From IMG/VR virus record IMGVR_UViG_2061766007_000697: a DNA stretch of 42,723 nt; one strand, given 5' to 3'. Below are positions 31,447 through 42,723 of the stretch, piece after piece. The notes beneath the pieces were generated by a model, which searched no databases, had not been told where the DNA came from, and saw nothing but the letters and a program-made list of their open reading frames with translations. The translations under genes were made by a program, and so were the position numbers. Each line of letters starts with the position of its first letter. The stretch's first letter is position 1. The stretch comes from an uncultured virus (IMG/VR IMGVR_UViG_2061766007_000697) (taxonomy: Duplodnaviria; Heunggongvirae; Uroviricota; Caudoviricetes).

Positions 31447-32295
31447 ATGGCTTACAATCAGACCAAACTTGCTGCTGCCTCTGAAGACATCAAAGCGAAA
31501 CTGCTCTCCGGTGACAGCGAACTCCGTAAGACCGCTGGCCTTGCTGCTAGCGAATATTTCCGCGTGGAAATTCGTGAAAACGGTATCCGTCGTCAGATCA
31601 CTCCTCCGACGACCGTGACCAAAGAGAACTTCGATGTCGTTGAGGACACCGACTTCCCGGTCATGTTCGTTGAGATCGCCCCGCAGTCTGCTGGCGCCTA
31701 CAAGGTGTCCTTCGAGACTGGTCCTAAGGGCGAAGTGATCCACGGCAAGAAATCCCGTGTGGAATTCAACCGTGTCATGACTGACAAGTACAGCATCGAC
31801 AAGATCCGCCTCGAAACCTACAAGATGCCGATCCTCGACATCTTCTATGACCTGATGCTCAAAGACATCATGGACACTGAAGACGAGATCACGCTTGCTG
31901 TTGACGATGCGATTTGCGGCGATCTGAACGTTGTCAATCCTGCCATGGGCATGACCCGTTATGCCACTGTTGGCACCATGAGCCGTGCTGCTATCGTCGC
32001 TCTGAAGAAGGGCATGTACCTCTCTCCGGGCGGCCCGCACGATCAGGGCCTCATCCCCACGAAGTTCCTCATGAACAACATCACGCACTGCGACTTTGCT
32101 CTGCTCACCCGTGACCAGGTTGGTGGCGACCTCGCCCAGACCATGTTCACCGATGGCGTTGCGCTCACGCAGATCTCTGGTGTTGACACCATCCTCACGA
32201 CCAAGCGCGGCTTTGTCAAGGACAACGATGTCTACATCTATGCGGATCCGAAGTTCTATGGCGGCTTCTACACGTACAAGGATGTCAGCATGATC
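31447..32295 (+). CDS. major capsid protein (3' end in gap)
   Basis: AAGGAG RBS; strongly biased C-ending codons; IRENGIRRQITPP...VMFVEIAP...IMDTEDE pattern, size and position fit an HK97-fold capsid protein. Confidence 0.7.
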
Positions 32296-32523
32296 NNNNN
32301 NNNNNNNNNNNNNNNNNNNNNNNNNNNNNNNNNNNNNNNNNNNNNNNNNNNNNNNNNNNNNNNNNNNNNNNNNNNNNNNNNNNNNNNNNNNNNNNNNNNN
32401 NNNNNNNNNNNNNNNNNNNNNNNNNNNNNNNNNNNNNNNNNNNNNNNNNNNNNNNNNNNNNNNNNNNNNNNNNNNNNNNNNNNNNNNNNNNNNNNNNNNN
32501 NNNNNNNNNNNNNNNNNNNNNNN

Positions 32524-32946
32524 TGGCTGCCTGCTAAAGGTGAAGCAACTGTGGACTTCGAAGTCTGGAGCGTTGCGGATGACAGTCAGAAGGCTGCTAT
32601 CAAGACGCTTATTCAGAACGGCACTATTGAACTGACTGTTATGGTGCTTGGAAAGGATGGTGAGTACACTGTGGCTAGCNNNNNNNNNNNNNNNNNNNNN
32701 NNNNNNNNNNNNNNNNNNNNNNNNNNNNNNNNNNNNNNNNNNNNNNNNNNNATTGCTGCTGAGAAGGATCATATCGTCAAAGTTGGCAGTCAGGGATCGC
32801 AGAAAGCCCTTGAAAGTATGGGCGCTAAGCCTGTTGGCTTCGAGGATGAGGATATTCTTCCTGCCCGTGAAGTCAAGAACGGTGAACCTGAGCCTGTTGA
32901 AGAGGCGCAGCAGGAAGAGAAACCTGAAGAGGTTGCTGCCGAAGAT
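32524..32946 (+). CDS. acidic hypothetical protein fragment (separate gene after the capsid gene)
   Basis: WLPAKGEATVDFEV...EEAQQEEKPEE; both ends in gaps; the ORF track fuses it to the capsid gene. Confidence 0.5.
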
Positions 32947-33117
32947 NNNNNNNNNNNNNNNNNNNNNNNNNNNNNNNNNNNNNNNNNNNNNNNNNNNNNN
33001 NNNNNNNNNNNNNNNNNNNNNNNNNNNNNNNNNNNNNNNNNNNNNNNNNNNNNNNNNNCTCTTATTACCCGATCAGTTTTATAGAAGAATAAAACCAACC
33101 ACTATAGGAAAGCAGCT

Positions 33118-33702
33118 ATGGCACCTCGCAAGTTTGTCATATTAAAGAATAGAGATCTTGCTATAACAAACGGATCAACCGGGCTTACAAGGATCTCCTT
33201 CACAAAGGATGATGTCAGTCCAACCCAAACAGTCACCTTTGATACAACTAACCCCTGTGTTGCTGTTGTTGATAATGAGAATATCCAGTGGGATCTGAAC
33301 AGTAAACGTGTCTGGTATTCTGATACAAAGGTGACGATTGATATCACGGATATCTTGTTTGCAAAAGGGATGATAACTGCACCGGCAAAGTTTACAACGC
33401 TGGCCGGTACTTATGAGCGTGCAAGGGCGAATGATACCGAATCTGGGTATAGTTGGAGGCTGATTTCAAGGGTGCCAGGTTCAACCGAAGTGACGCCTTA
33501 TTTATATACCAAAACAGAAGCACCGTCAGTTGGTGATAAAGCGTATTATTCTGATACGACTACCGGGGCATCAACAAATATACAGACCGTTACAGCTGCA
33601 GTAGCTGAGGCTATTGAGGGCAGCTGGGATGCGGTGTTTACTGTGTCGAATGTTCAAGGGTCCGGTTCCACTATTAGCGGGATTGTGTACACGCCTGTAT
33701 AA
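33118..33702 (+). CDS. Thr-rich beta-structured protein, possible head fibre/decoration
   Basis: intact 194 aa ORF with AGGA RBS; located between capsid and neck genes. Confidence 0.55.
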   Translation: MAPRKFVILKNRDLAITNGSTGLTRISFTKDDVSPTQTVTFDTTNPCVAVVDNENIQWDLNSKRVWYSDTKVTIDITDILFAKGMITAPAKFTTLAGTYERARANDTESGYSWRLISRVPGSTEVTPYLYTKTEAPSVGDKAYYSDTTTGASTNIQTVTAAVAEAIEGSWDAVFTVSNVQGSGSTISGIVYTPV

Positions 33703-33759
33703 TGATACCCTGTTCATTTAATAGATATAGAACTTAACCAAGAAAGACTTCTCAGTATA

Positions 33760-34084
33760 ATGAATATGACANNNNNNNNNNNNNNNNNNNNNNNNNNNNN
33801 NNNNNNNNNNNNNNNNNNNNNNNNNNNNNNNNNNNNNNNNNNNNNNNNNNNNNNNNNNNNNNNNNNNNNNNNNNNNNNCTATCGAGAAGTTGTGTGCCGG
33901 TTTAGAAGAAGCTATTAAAGGGCTGAAGACCGAAATCAAAGAGCTTAATACAGAAGTCAACGAGTTATCAAAAAAGATCTGGGATCCAGACGCTCTTGAC
34001 AATAAGATCAAACTTCAAATATCAGAAGCTATCGCTGAACATGAGCAGAAATGCTCTTGCCGGAACTGTAAGAACATTCAGTAA
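33760..34084 (+). CDS. small coiled-coil protein, possibly holin-like (N-terminus in gap)
   Basis: coiled coil ending EHEQKCSCRNC; any transmembrane segment would lie in the gap, so function is unverified. Confidence 0.4.
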
Positions 34085-34118
34085 TGATCCTTTCTCCTCT
34101 GGTTGGGGCTTGTTGGGT

Positions 34119-34149
34119 GGGCCGTGTGGCTAGGCTGCACGGCCCTTTT
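34119..34149 (+). terminator. rho-independent terminator
   Basis: GGGCCGTGTGGC-TAG-GCTGCACGGCCC hairpin followed by TTTT. Confidence 0.75.
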
Positions 34150-34180
34150 ATGCGAGGCCATTAATAAGGAGACTAACCCA

Positions 34181-35115
34181 ATGATTTGTATTGCAGAAAA
34201 TAGCGGCGGAAAAGGCGGAGTTGCTGGTGGAGCAGGCGCACATGGCCAAGGCTCTCAGCAAGCTGGCGGCGCCGGNNNNNNNNNNNNNNNNNNNNNNNNN
34301 TAACAGGAATGACCACATCTCTGACAGTGCAGCTTACTCAAGACTATGCTGGTGAGATACCTGCTGACCTGTCGAGTATAACAAAAGTGGAATTTAGAGC
34401 TCGTCCTTCTATGGTCTCTTATGATAGAGAGATCAAGGTCGATTGCGCATATACACCAGACGGTAAGGTGACAGTAAACTTGACACCTAAAGAGCTGGAT
34501 TTCAATAATGGTGTGTGGTATGCTGAGTTTCTGACCTATCAGGATGTGACAGAAGAGAAGGACGATGGTGAAGGCAATATAACCTCAGAGGTCGTAGATA
34601 CACTTCTTGTCGGCAACTACAGAAGCTATCTGTGCATCCGCAAAGGAATGACAGGCAGCACGAATGGGCCTAATACCATTACTGCTATGGATGTGCGTCT
34701 GGCTGTCATGGACACATCGATAGAGGCCAATCAGCTGCTTGATGATCTGGAGTTCTCTGATATCATGATCTATCATGCCATAGAGCGTTCCATAGATGAG
34801 TGGAATGAAACGCCGCCCACACTGGAACACCGGTTCGATGCAACTAACTTCCCGTGGAAGGAGCATCTGATTAAGGGCGCTGTTGGCTATCTGATGCAAG
34901 AGGTTGCCTATAGATACAATCGTAACCGTATGCAGTATTCGGCTTCTGGCCTGCAGCTTGACAGTAATGACAAAGGTCCTGCTTATATTGCTATGGCTCA
35001 GGCTGCTCGTATCGAGTGGAAGAACTTTGTAGCCGCTAAGAAAACGGAGCTAAATATGCAGGAATGCTTCGGTACGTTCAGTCTTCCGTACTTTGGTAAC
35101 AGGTGCTATTGGTAA
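34181..35115 (+). CDS. putative head-tail adaptor (neck) protein
   Basis: AAGGAG RBS at ATG 34181, probably continuous with ORF 34309-35115 across the gap; NQLLDDLEFSD...DEWNETPP...RNRMQYSASGL resembles adaptor proteins; position. Confidence 0.55.
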
Positions 35116-35990
35116 TGAATCCTCCATTCACCGATCTACAGGTCACGATTCGTTATGATAATGCCAGGGTGTTGATGTGGAACATGACACCTGGTATCTC
35201 ATTTCCTGCAGATTCAATACTACAAGTAGAGAATTCAAGAGCCGGTGGTCCATGGGAGATACTGGCAGATGACTTATATGATAGCTGCTTCTTCGTCGAT
35301 ACCAGAAGGCGCAACTATAACAAATTCATGGATGAGAACTACAGGCTGCGTCTTATTATCCCCTCTTCCAGTGGCGAAGATCCTGAAGAGTATGTAAGCG
35401 ATGTGGTACAGGCTGGTCAGTTTAANNNNNNNNNNNNNNNNGAGAAAGCTATTGAATTGAGTGGTGTTACAGGTGTGCTGCTTAAGAAGAAACACTGGGG
35501 AAGCCGTTGTGAACACTGCACTGATTTCGACAATGAGATGACAGTCAATGAGCATTGTCCTTGGTGTCTTGGTACAGGTTATGCCGGTGGCTTCTACAAT
35601 GGTATTTCGATGAGTGTTATCAAAGATAAGATCGAGAACGATGAGCAACAAGGTCCCGCTTTTGTTGATGACTCAGAGGTTGTGACTGGTCGTTGTATTG
35701 CCTATCCATGGGTTCGCTATATGGATGTATGGGTTGAGGATCAGACTAACAAGCGCTACGAGATCATTAAGACCACACCTACCTCCAGCTATAAACAGGT
35801 TGATCTTATCTATACGATCCAGATGCGCAAGATCGAGTACAGCGATGTTATGTACACACCAGCTGCTGATGCCAAGGTGAATGTTAAGGACCTGTATGAT
35901 TCTGCTATTGTGAACTATACACCAGAGCTTGAGAAGGATCTGGAGCAGAACGCTATGGATGCGTGGAAGGATGACTTCGACAATGAGTGA
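35115..35990 (+). CDS. putative head-closure/neck protein with Cys cluster
   Basis: TAATG coupling; RCEHC...CPWCLGTGYAGGF motif; position between adaptor and tail completion genes. Confidence 0.55.
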   Translation: MNPPFTDLQVTIRYDNARVLMWNMTPGISFPADSILQVENSRAGGPWEILADDLYDSCFFVDTRRRNYNKFMDENYRLRLIIPSSSGEDPEEYVSDVVQAGQFXXXXXXEKAIELSGVTGVLLKKKHWGSRCEHCTDFDNEMTVNEHCPWCLGTGYAGGFYNGISMSVIKDKIENDEQQGPAFVDDSEVVTGRCIAYPWVRYMDVWVEDQTNKRYEIIKTTPTSSYKQVDLIYTIQMRKIEYSDVMYTPAADAKVNVKDLYDSAIVNYTPELEKDLEQNAMDAWKDDFDNE

Positions 35991-36628
35991 TCCGATTATC
36001 ACCAACTATACAGAGGCTGCAAAAGTCGATACCATGAAGGGCGGAGCAATAAGCTCCTATCGCATGTTGTATTGGCTTAGAGATATACTGTCGAACTTTA
36101 TGGCAGACCCTATCAATATAAAGGATGAACGGATCTGCAAAATCCTGAATATGCAGGATGGTGCAACACCCGAGCAGTTGAATGCTTTGNNNNNNNNNNN
36201 NNNNNNNNNNNNNNNNNNNNNNNNNNNNNNNNNNNNNNTATTCTATAGGGGGTATAAATCAGATCGGTTCTGATAAGATAGCTCTATGTGGTGCAACGCC
36301 TATGCATATGGGTGTAAAACACAAGACCATTCACATGGTTATCACGATTATGACAGAGAAGCATGACTCTACTGTGGTGCTGACTGATCTGATCGAGGAT
36401 TTCCTGCTGATCAATGAAACGCTACTGATTCAAGATAATGATATGATAAGCGAATTTCATGTAACTGGTGTAACGGCGCCTGAGATTCTGGTTGCTGGAA
36501 CAGGTGCGCATGCAAAGGACATCTATCAGCAAAAGATCAGTGTTACTGCCACAGGAGGCATTAGCTGGACAGCCGATACGCAGGGTCCGATCTTCCGTGG
36601 AGTGGAAACACAGGTGAACGTGAAGTAA
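35983..36628 (+). CDS. putative tail completion/terminator protein
   Basis: MSDPIITNY joins the 36182 frame across a gap; directly precedes the sheath gene. Confidence 0.5.
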
Positions 36629-36727
36629 GTAATTTTGTTGACACACAAACTTCTATAAGATTAAGGCTGGTATGAGGTGCTGACGGCATACTTAGCTTGA
36701 AACAGTCAGTTATAAGGTAAATAACCT

Positions 36728-38296
36728 ATGGCTATAAACAATTTTCAATTTCCTGGCGTGGAGCTGCGTCAGGTGTTCGAAGAGACACCTGTGACTGGCG
36801 TCAGTACGCTTGGTGTTGCCATTGTTGGAAATAAGTTCAAGAGCAATTCTGTCTCTTGGGCTTATGATGGCACTGCCAGCACGATCGACCTGTCCAAAAT
36901 TGCTTATTGCACGGCCGGTGAAGCGGAAGATCTGGCTGTTATCGTGAATGACGGTCTGTTCCNNNNNNNNNNNNNNNNNNNNNGCTTGCTATCACTGGTG
37001 GTTCTGCGGCTAGCAATGTTGTTACGGTTGTGTTCAATGCTGATGTGACAGGCGCTACTGCTGCTTTTGGTACTGAGCTTCCTGCTATTGGTGATGCCGT
37101 TGATGTGAATAACAACGGATCTGCTAATGGTGCTATCGCTGACATCAATGGTGCGACTGTTACGATTGACATCACCGGTGGTACTGTTGCGGATGGTGCG
37201 ACGATTACGGCGGTTAATTTCTATAAGATCGTTGAAGAGGCTGAACTTAACGATGTTGTCGTCACGGGTAACACGCTTTCCATTCCTGCTAATGTTAAGG
37301 CCAACATTGGGGGTAAGGAAAGTGAATCCAGTCTTGAAGCGTCTGATACAGCCTATTCTCNNNNNNNNNNNNNNNNNNNNNNNNNNNNNNNNNNNNNNNN
37401 NNNNNNNNNNNNNNNNNNNNNNNNNNNNNNNNNNNNNNNNNNNNNNNNNNNNNNNNNNNNNNNNNNNNNNNNNNNNNNNNNNNNNNNNNNNNNGCGTGCT
37501 GTCCGATGATGCTGCCGGTTATGTGACTGCTATGGATTATCTCGATCGTTTCGATGAGGTCTATAGCGTGGTGCCTCTTACTTATGATGCCGCTATTCTT
37601 CGTCAGCTTGTTACAGCTGCTGAAGGCAGCTCTGAAGACACGGAGAGCAAGGTTCGTCGCACTGTGTGGTATGGACTTGAAACGCCAGCTACTGATATTG
37701 TTGATGGGCTTATCGCGGCTCGCGNNNNNNNNNNNNNNNNNNNNNNNNNNNNNNNNNNNNNNNNNNNNNNNNNNNNNNNNNNNNNNNNNNNNNNNNNNNN
37801 NNNNNNNNNNNNNNNNNNNNNNNNNNNNNGTTATACGTTCTTCACGATCGCTGAGACCAACGGACTTACTAAGTCTGATCTAGAACGTATTGGATCGAAC
37901 GGTATCTGGATTGTTGCTAATAACTTTGAAGGCACCCCGATCAATAAGCGACAGGTTACCACGGCTGTTGCCAATAACCTGAACCTTGATGAAGAATCCA
38001 TCGTTGCCAATGCAGACAGCATCGCTCTTACGCTTTGCCACGTCGGTGAGGATCTTGTCGGTTGCAGTAATATCAGTCCTGCGCTTATCAAGAGCCTCAG
38101 TGATACGATCACCGCGATCATGGATAACTACCTGATCAATCGCACTGGCAGCGCTTATATTGGACCGCAGCTGCTTAGCTGGACACTTGATTCACTGTAT
38201 CAGCATGAGGTGCTTCTGGACCATATCTATGCTGTCATCACCTGCGAGCCTCCGAAGCCGTTCAACCGCTTCGTTATGACCCTCCGCATTGTTTAA
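36728..38296 (+). CDS. contractile tail sheath protein
   Basis: N-terminal FQFPGVELRQV motif; C-terminal EESIVANADSI...EPPKPFNRFVMTLRIV; three ORF pieces join across gaps. Confidence 0.75.
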
Positions 38297-38311
38297 TAAG
38301 GAGATAACATC

Positions 38312-38807
38312 ATGCAGATTTTCAATAGTCCATATAAAAGCACACAGTCCTGGGCCTCCCAGGGCGCCATCATTGAGTACGGCATCGGCGGCACCACCNN
38401 NNNNNNNNNNNNNNNGACTCTCGCTTAATTATGTGCAGCAGGCCACGCCGATCTTCCCGCTCAATACCGACGGGAACGGAAATGCCACCAAGATCAACAT
38501 CAAGGGCGCTCCCCAGGGTTCTCTTCAGCTTCAGTCCGTGTACTGCCCTGTTCCCAGCAACATTGAGAAGTTCCTTGAACTTGCTTCTCGTGATTGCGTG
38601 AATGAGTCGCAGGCGATGTCCATCACGATTCGTCCGTTTGGCGATATCAAGTGTGCTGCTGGTACCTCTGTGCAGAACGATGATAAGTTCTGGCTTACTG
38701 GTGTCGAGTTGGTCAGCCTCGGTCTGAACATCCAGGCCGGTGAAGTCACGCTTGTCAGCATGCCGCTGAACTTCACGTTCACACTGCTCCGAATGGGTAA
38801 GCAGTAA
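38312..38807 (+). CDS. putative tail tube protein
   Basis: AAGGAG RBS, ATG 38312; ~165 aa beta-rich, directly after the sheath; joins across a gap. Confidence 0.65.
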
Positions 38808-38830
38808 GCTACATTAAGCTAGCGATTAAT

Positions 38831-38869
38831 GGCCGCCCGTCCCGCAATGCGGGTAGGCGGCCTTCTTTT
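38831..38869 (+). terminator. rho-independent terminator
   Basis: GGCCGCC..CCCGC-AAT-GCGGG..GGCGGCC hairpin followed by TTCTTTT. Confidence 0.75.
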
Positions 38870-38883
38870 ATTAAGGAGCGGCC

Positions 38884-41430
38884 ATGACACTAGGGAAAGT
38901 CTTTCTAGGAACCATCATATTGTCTTCGCCAGAATTCGGGCTGGCTATCGTTACATCAGCCGAGGGATCTACAGATACTAAGCAGATCTTTCTGGCACAT
39001 CTTCCTCTGAATGATGCCACGACAGGTGCACAACCACAGGCTAACTATGTAGATGGAACAGCTGTTGTATGCTTGCGTAACGAGAATGCACCAGATAAAG
39101 CATATATCATAGCTCCGGCTAATTATGCTGTTGGTGATGTTAAGGATACTGCCTATGGGCGTGCCAACTACAATGTGACGGATTTTACAGAAAACCAGTC
39201 CACTGCTTTTATAACTGTCCTGGAAAATCTGCTGCATGGTAAGACGATTGATTTCCAGAATTTCTCCCATGGCGCCGATGAAGATGTACTTCCTGGTGAT
39301 ACTGATATCATTGACCTGAATGGTAATGCTGGTTTACACATCGGGCGCTATCTAGCACAGCTTAGAGGATCACCTGCGGCCTTTATTGATGTCTCCAATA
39401 TTACCAACGCTATCAGAATGATCTCTGAGAAATCAGAGCAGCATCTTCNNNNNNNNNNNNNNNNNNNNNNNNNNNNNNNNNNNNNNNNNNNNNNNNNNNN
39501 NNNNNNNNNNNNNNNNNNNNNNNNNNNNNNNNNNNNNNNNNNNNNNNNNNNNNNNNNNNNNNNNNNNNNNNNNNNNNNNNNNNNNNNNNNNNNNNNNNNN
39601 NNNNNNNNNNNNNNNNNNNNNNNNNNNNNNNNNNNNNNNNNNNNNNNNNNNNNNNNNNNNNNNNNNNNNNNNNNNNNNNNNNNNNNNNNNNNNNNNNNNN
39701 NNNNNNNNNNNNNNNNNNNNNNNNNNNNNNNNNNNNNNNNNNNNNNNNNNNNNNNNNNNNNNNNNNNNNNNNNNNNNNNNNNNNNNNNNNNNNNNNNNNN
39801 NNNNNNNNNNNNNNNNNNTTAAAGCCATTCATCAGGTTGCCTATGATAAGGGAGGAGACTTCCAATCGCAGGATGATATTCTGAAGCCATACGAGTATTC
39901 TATGGATGAAGAAGAGACTGCTACCAAGGCCGACATTGATGATCAGATCAGTGATGCTGCCATTAATAAACTGATTGACAAGCTGTTTACTGGTGACTAT
40001 CTTGAGAAGCTGAAAGAGAAGATGGCAGAACATGGCCTCAAGGTCAGCACAGACGATGGCTTGCTTATCAATAATCAGAACATACAGAAGGGCACCTATC
40101 AGCCCGGTCCCTCTAATGACCAACAGTATGGTCTTCCTGATTCTATAACGCTTACTGATCCTGTAACAGGCAAAGAGACAACCTATTTCACCACAACATC
40201 TTTTATCTCTCAGGAGCCTGATGGTAGCATTCTGATATGCGATGGCTATGGTAGCGAGATCAGGATGTCCCGTGGAAACATCTATATAAGTCCAGCCTTG
40301 GATCTGTTTCTTAGACCTGGTAGAGATTTGTCTGCTATGGTACCTAGACATCAGAGCTATAATGCACAGGCGGATACCACAATTAATGCAGCGGGATCTA
40401 TCTATGTGAGAGCTGTTAAGGACCTGAAGATGATAGGCGCCACAGGACATAACGGATTGGGTGGTGCTGGTATGGTTACGCTTGAGTGCGCTGCAACAGG
40501 TGAGCCAACCTCTGATACAGGTCTTATGATCAAGAGCAGAAGCGGNNNNNNNNNNNNNNNNNNNNNNNNNNNNNNNNNNNNNNNNNNNNNNNNNNNNNNN
40601 NNNNNNNNNNNNNTTGATACGCCGACGAGGCCTGGCACTATTGTGATTGATGCCTGTACAAACGGCACATTGAATCTGAGATCGAATTCCACAACAGTAG
40701 ATTCCTACACAACATGTCTGGTTGCTTGCAATAATCAGGCTACGACTGGCTCTGGCATAACANNNNNNNNNNNNNNNNNNNNNNNNNNNNNGTGTTCTTG
40801 AATATGGTTGGTGGCCTCGGCATAGACCAGATGCGAGTTGTACGTAATGGTCAGACGCAGTATGTGAATATGAACAAATATGCTACACCCAGCCTGCAGA
40901 TAGAGGGGCAGCTTAATGTCGGCGGACAATTCAACTGCAACAGTGTGGGCAGGTTCTGCGGTGCATTGCTGGCACAAGGTGTTATAAGCACCTCTAATTA
41001 TTGCTCTATAGCAGATACCAGCAACGGTCAGCGACCGTTCGACAAGACACCTATCAATAAGCGTGTTGTAAACACTGAGATTGGTGCCTATGCTGCTGAG
41101 AATGTGTCTGTTATAGCAAAATCCATTTATCAGGACAGCTATATAAGCAATAATGGCTTTGCCTTCCCTGAGGATTACGGCGTGCTGGAGAATATCAGAG
41201 TGCCCGGTATGATGTGGCAGACAGTCAACGATGAGCTGGGGACTGGCGTCGTGTGGGATGAGCCTCTTATGAAGAGCGCCAATAAGGAAGGGCCTTTTGA
41301 AAAATCTACTATGTGTTATCCAGGCTTTAAGGTCTGGAACAATGCTATGTTAAGTAAACAAGGCTATATAACTGTAAGCCTGTCTAATGGCTACAGAACC
41401 AATACTATAAAGGAGACCGAGAATGCCTGA
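38884..41430 (+). CDS. putative baseplate hub/central spike protein (gp5/VgrG-like), interrupted by gaps
   Basis: AAGGAG RBS; beta-helix-like segments SFISQEPDGSILICDGYGSEIRMSRGNIYISPALDL; three ORF pieces, single gene inferred. Confidence 0.5.
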
Positions 41431-42045
41431 AGAGANNNNNNNNNNNNNNNNAGAAGACCTGATCAAATGCCCTTGCTGTGGTGAACTTACATTGCATAAG
41501 CCCCTGGATACCAGTAAGATGGGTATTGTTTTGGATGAGTATATGGCCAGCATCATCTCGGGTGTTCCATTCACTCATACCTACACACTGTATGACAATA
41601 TAGATATTACTGTGGAAATGCCTTTAAAGAGAGAAGCACAGNNNNNNNNNNNNNNNNNNACATTGAGAGGATTCGCGGCAATCTGATTAAAGGCTCTGAG
41701 CCGAATGCAGAGACTAAAGAAAAAGCCGACAAGCTGCGTGATGCTGCCAATATGGTTCAGATCTATGCGAACATCACATCCATTGTCACAAAGAGAGATG
41801 GCAAGAACGTCAAGATGTACACGCCAGCAGAAGCTGTTAAGGCTTTCCTGGCTACTGTTAAGGATGTTGGCGATAACGTTGAACTAATTATCGAGAGCTA
41901 TGAACAGACCGATACAGCAGATAATCTTTCGACGATTCCTATTGCGATGCTCAGAACTGTTACAGAGATTCATGGCAATATGTACGGCGTGCTTACTGAT
42001 ACAGGCTTTAACGAAACTTTTTGGAAGGGTATCGAGTTGGCCTGA
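41423..42045 (+). CDS. putative tail assembly chaperone
   Basis: AAGGAG RBS; ORFs 41423-41686 and 41752-42045 join across a gap; CPCC motif; position upstream of the probable tape measure. Confidence 0.45.
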
Positions 42046-42342
42046 TCTTATGTATGCCAGCGCTTGATACCTATCACACAATAGAGCGCTTCGCTAAGAA
42101 CAATTCTGACGCCGAAGCGCTTCTGGCATACAGATTCCTTAAACACAGGACTGCCCTTGCTGTCAAGTGGCAGGCGCTTCAATATGTACCTNNNNNNNNN
42201 NNNNNNNNNAGGCACTGTGGAAAGAGAGCCTGTTGCTAAATCGTTGGGAAACATGTCAGAGAAAGAGCGTCTTAATATGTTCCAGCAAGCTTGTATGGCT
42301 ACAGGTATGCAGCTTGACCCATCTCTTCTTAGAAAGAATTAA
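42021..42342 (+). CDS. small protein overlapping the chaperone in the -1 frame
   Basis: ORFs 42021-42239 and 42157-42342 join across a gap; no clear RBS. Confidence 0.4.
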
Positions 42343-42364
42343 CAGCAAATAGAATGGGCTTATT

Positions 42365-42723
42365 ATGGCTTTTGGTATAGATCCAAATACACCTTATAAC
42401 ATCACAGGTGCATCCCTGGAGCAGACCCTTATCCAACAGATGCTTGGTAATGGGCCGCTTGCTAGTATGGTAGCCCAGTATGGCACTCCTTTTATAAACA
42501 GGATGCTTGGGTTAGAGGGTCCTGGTTATAGAAACATTTTTCTGGATACCACACTGCTCACAAATATGACGCCGTTCGGCTCATACCAGGATAANNNNNN
42601 NNNNNNNNNNNNNNNNGCCCTTACCAGGCAGAACAATGCAGCTCGTCGTAATTGGCTGCAGAATATACAAAAGACAAAAATGTCTTTTGATTCCTGGCGC
42701 CAAACAGAAGCTGCTAAAGGTTA
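42365..42723 (+). CDS. 5' part of a gene running off the window, possibly tape measure protein
   Basis: MAFGIDPNTPYNITG... open to the gap; identity inferred from position only. Confidence 0.4.
   Translation, partial: MAFGIDPNTPYNITGASLEQTLIQQMLGNGPLASMVAQYGTPFINRMLGLEGPGYRNIFLDTTLLTNMTPFGSYQDXXXXXXXXALTRQNNAARRNWLQNIQKTKMSFDSWRQTEAAKG

Noticed and set aside
31447..33084. 545 aa capsid protein as given by the ORF track
   Set aside because: It spans large gaps; composition and codon style change after 32524, indicating a second gene.
33733..33761. sigma70-like promoter (CTTAAC-17-TATAAT)
   Set aside because: The -35 match is poor and the downstream context is lost in a gap; insufficient support.
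6015..36720. TATAAG as a late promoter motif before several genes
   Set aside because: It is mostly explained by TAA stop codons or overlap with AAGG(AG) ribosome-binding sites.
1122..42254. Numerous long minus-strand ORFs (e.g. 12916-14448, 15534-16739, 16785-17891, 26048-26941)
   Set aside because: They are antisense shadows of well-supported plus-strand genes, with no RBS or recognisable motifs.
1..42723. Stop-codon reassignment, tRNA/rRNA genes, CRISPR arrays
   Set aside because: Long genes are intact under code 11 with TAA, TGA and TAG all used as stops; no tRNA cloverleaf or spaced repeat array was seen.

Overview
Gappy (N-rich, probably metagenomic) scaffold of a large myovirus-type bacteriophage. 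All credible genes are on the + strand and read in genetic code 11. Many ORF-track breaks are frameshifts caused by mis-sized N gaps. The window is the virion morphogenesis module: portal-like gene, about a dozen Gly/Ala-rich putative internal head proteins, Zn-finger prohead protease, scaffold/decoration candidates, major capsid protein, neck proteins, tail sheath, tail tube, baseplate hub/spike candidate, tail chaperone(s) and the start of a probable tape measure. Interleaved with the head genes is a bacterial-like multisubunit RNA polymerase in three genes: beta N-terminal piece (6655-7380), a beta-C/beta'-N fusion (11641-18899) and a beta' C-terminal piece (19892-22187). It carries five inteins, all in conserved active-centre motifs. 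The most striking element is the intein in the catalytic loop. The motif reads NMDFDGN|C..., the intein ends ...VIWD|T, lacks the block B His, and contains an internal in-frame RBS+ATG. Head-module proteins share a recurrent K-x-A(S/A/G) motif, a candidate protease maturation signal. All assignments come from motif recognition by eye and gene order; no database searches were run.
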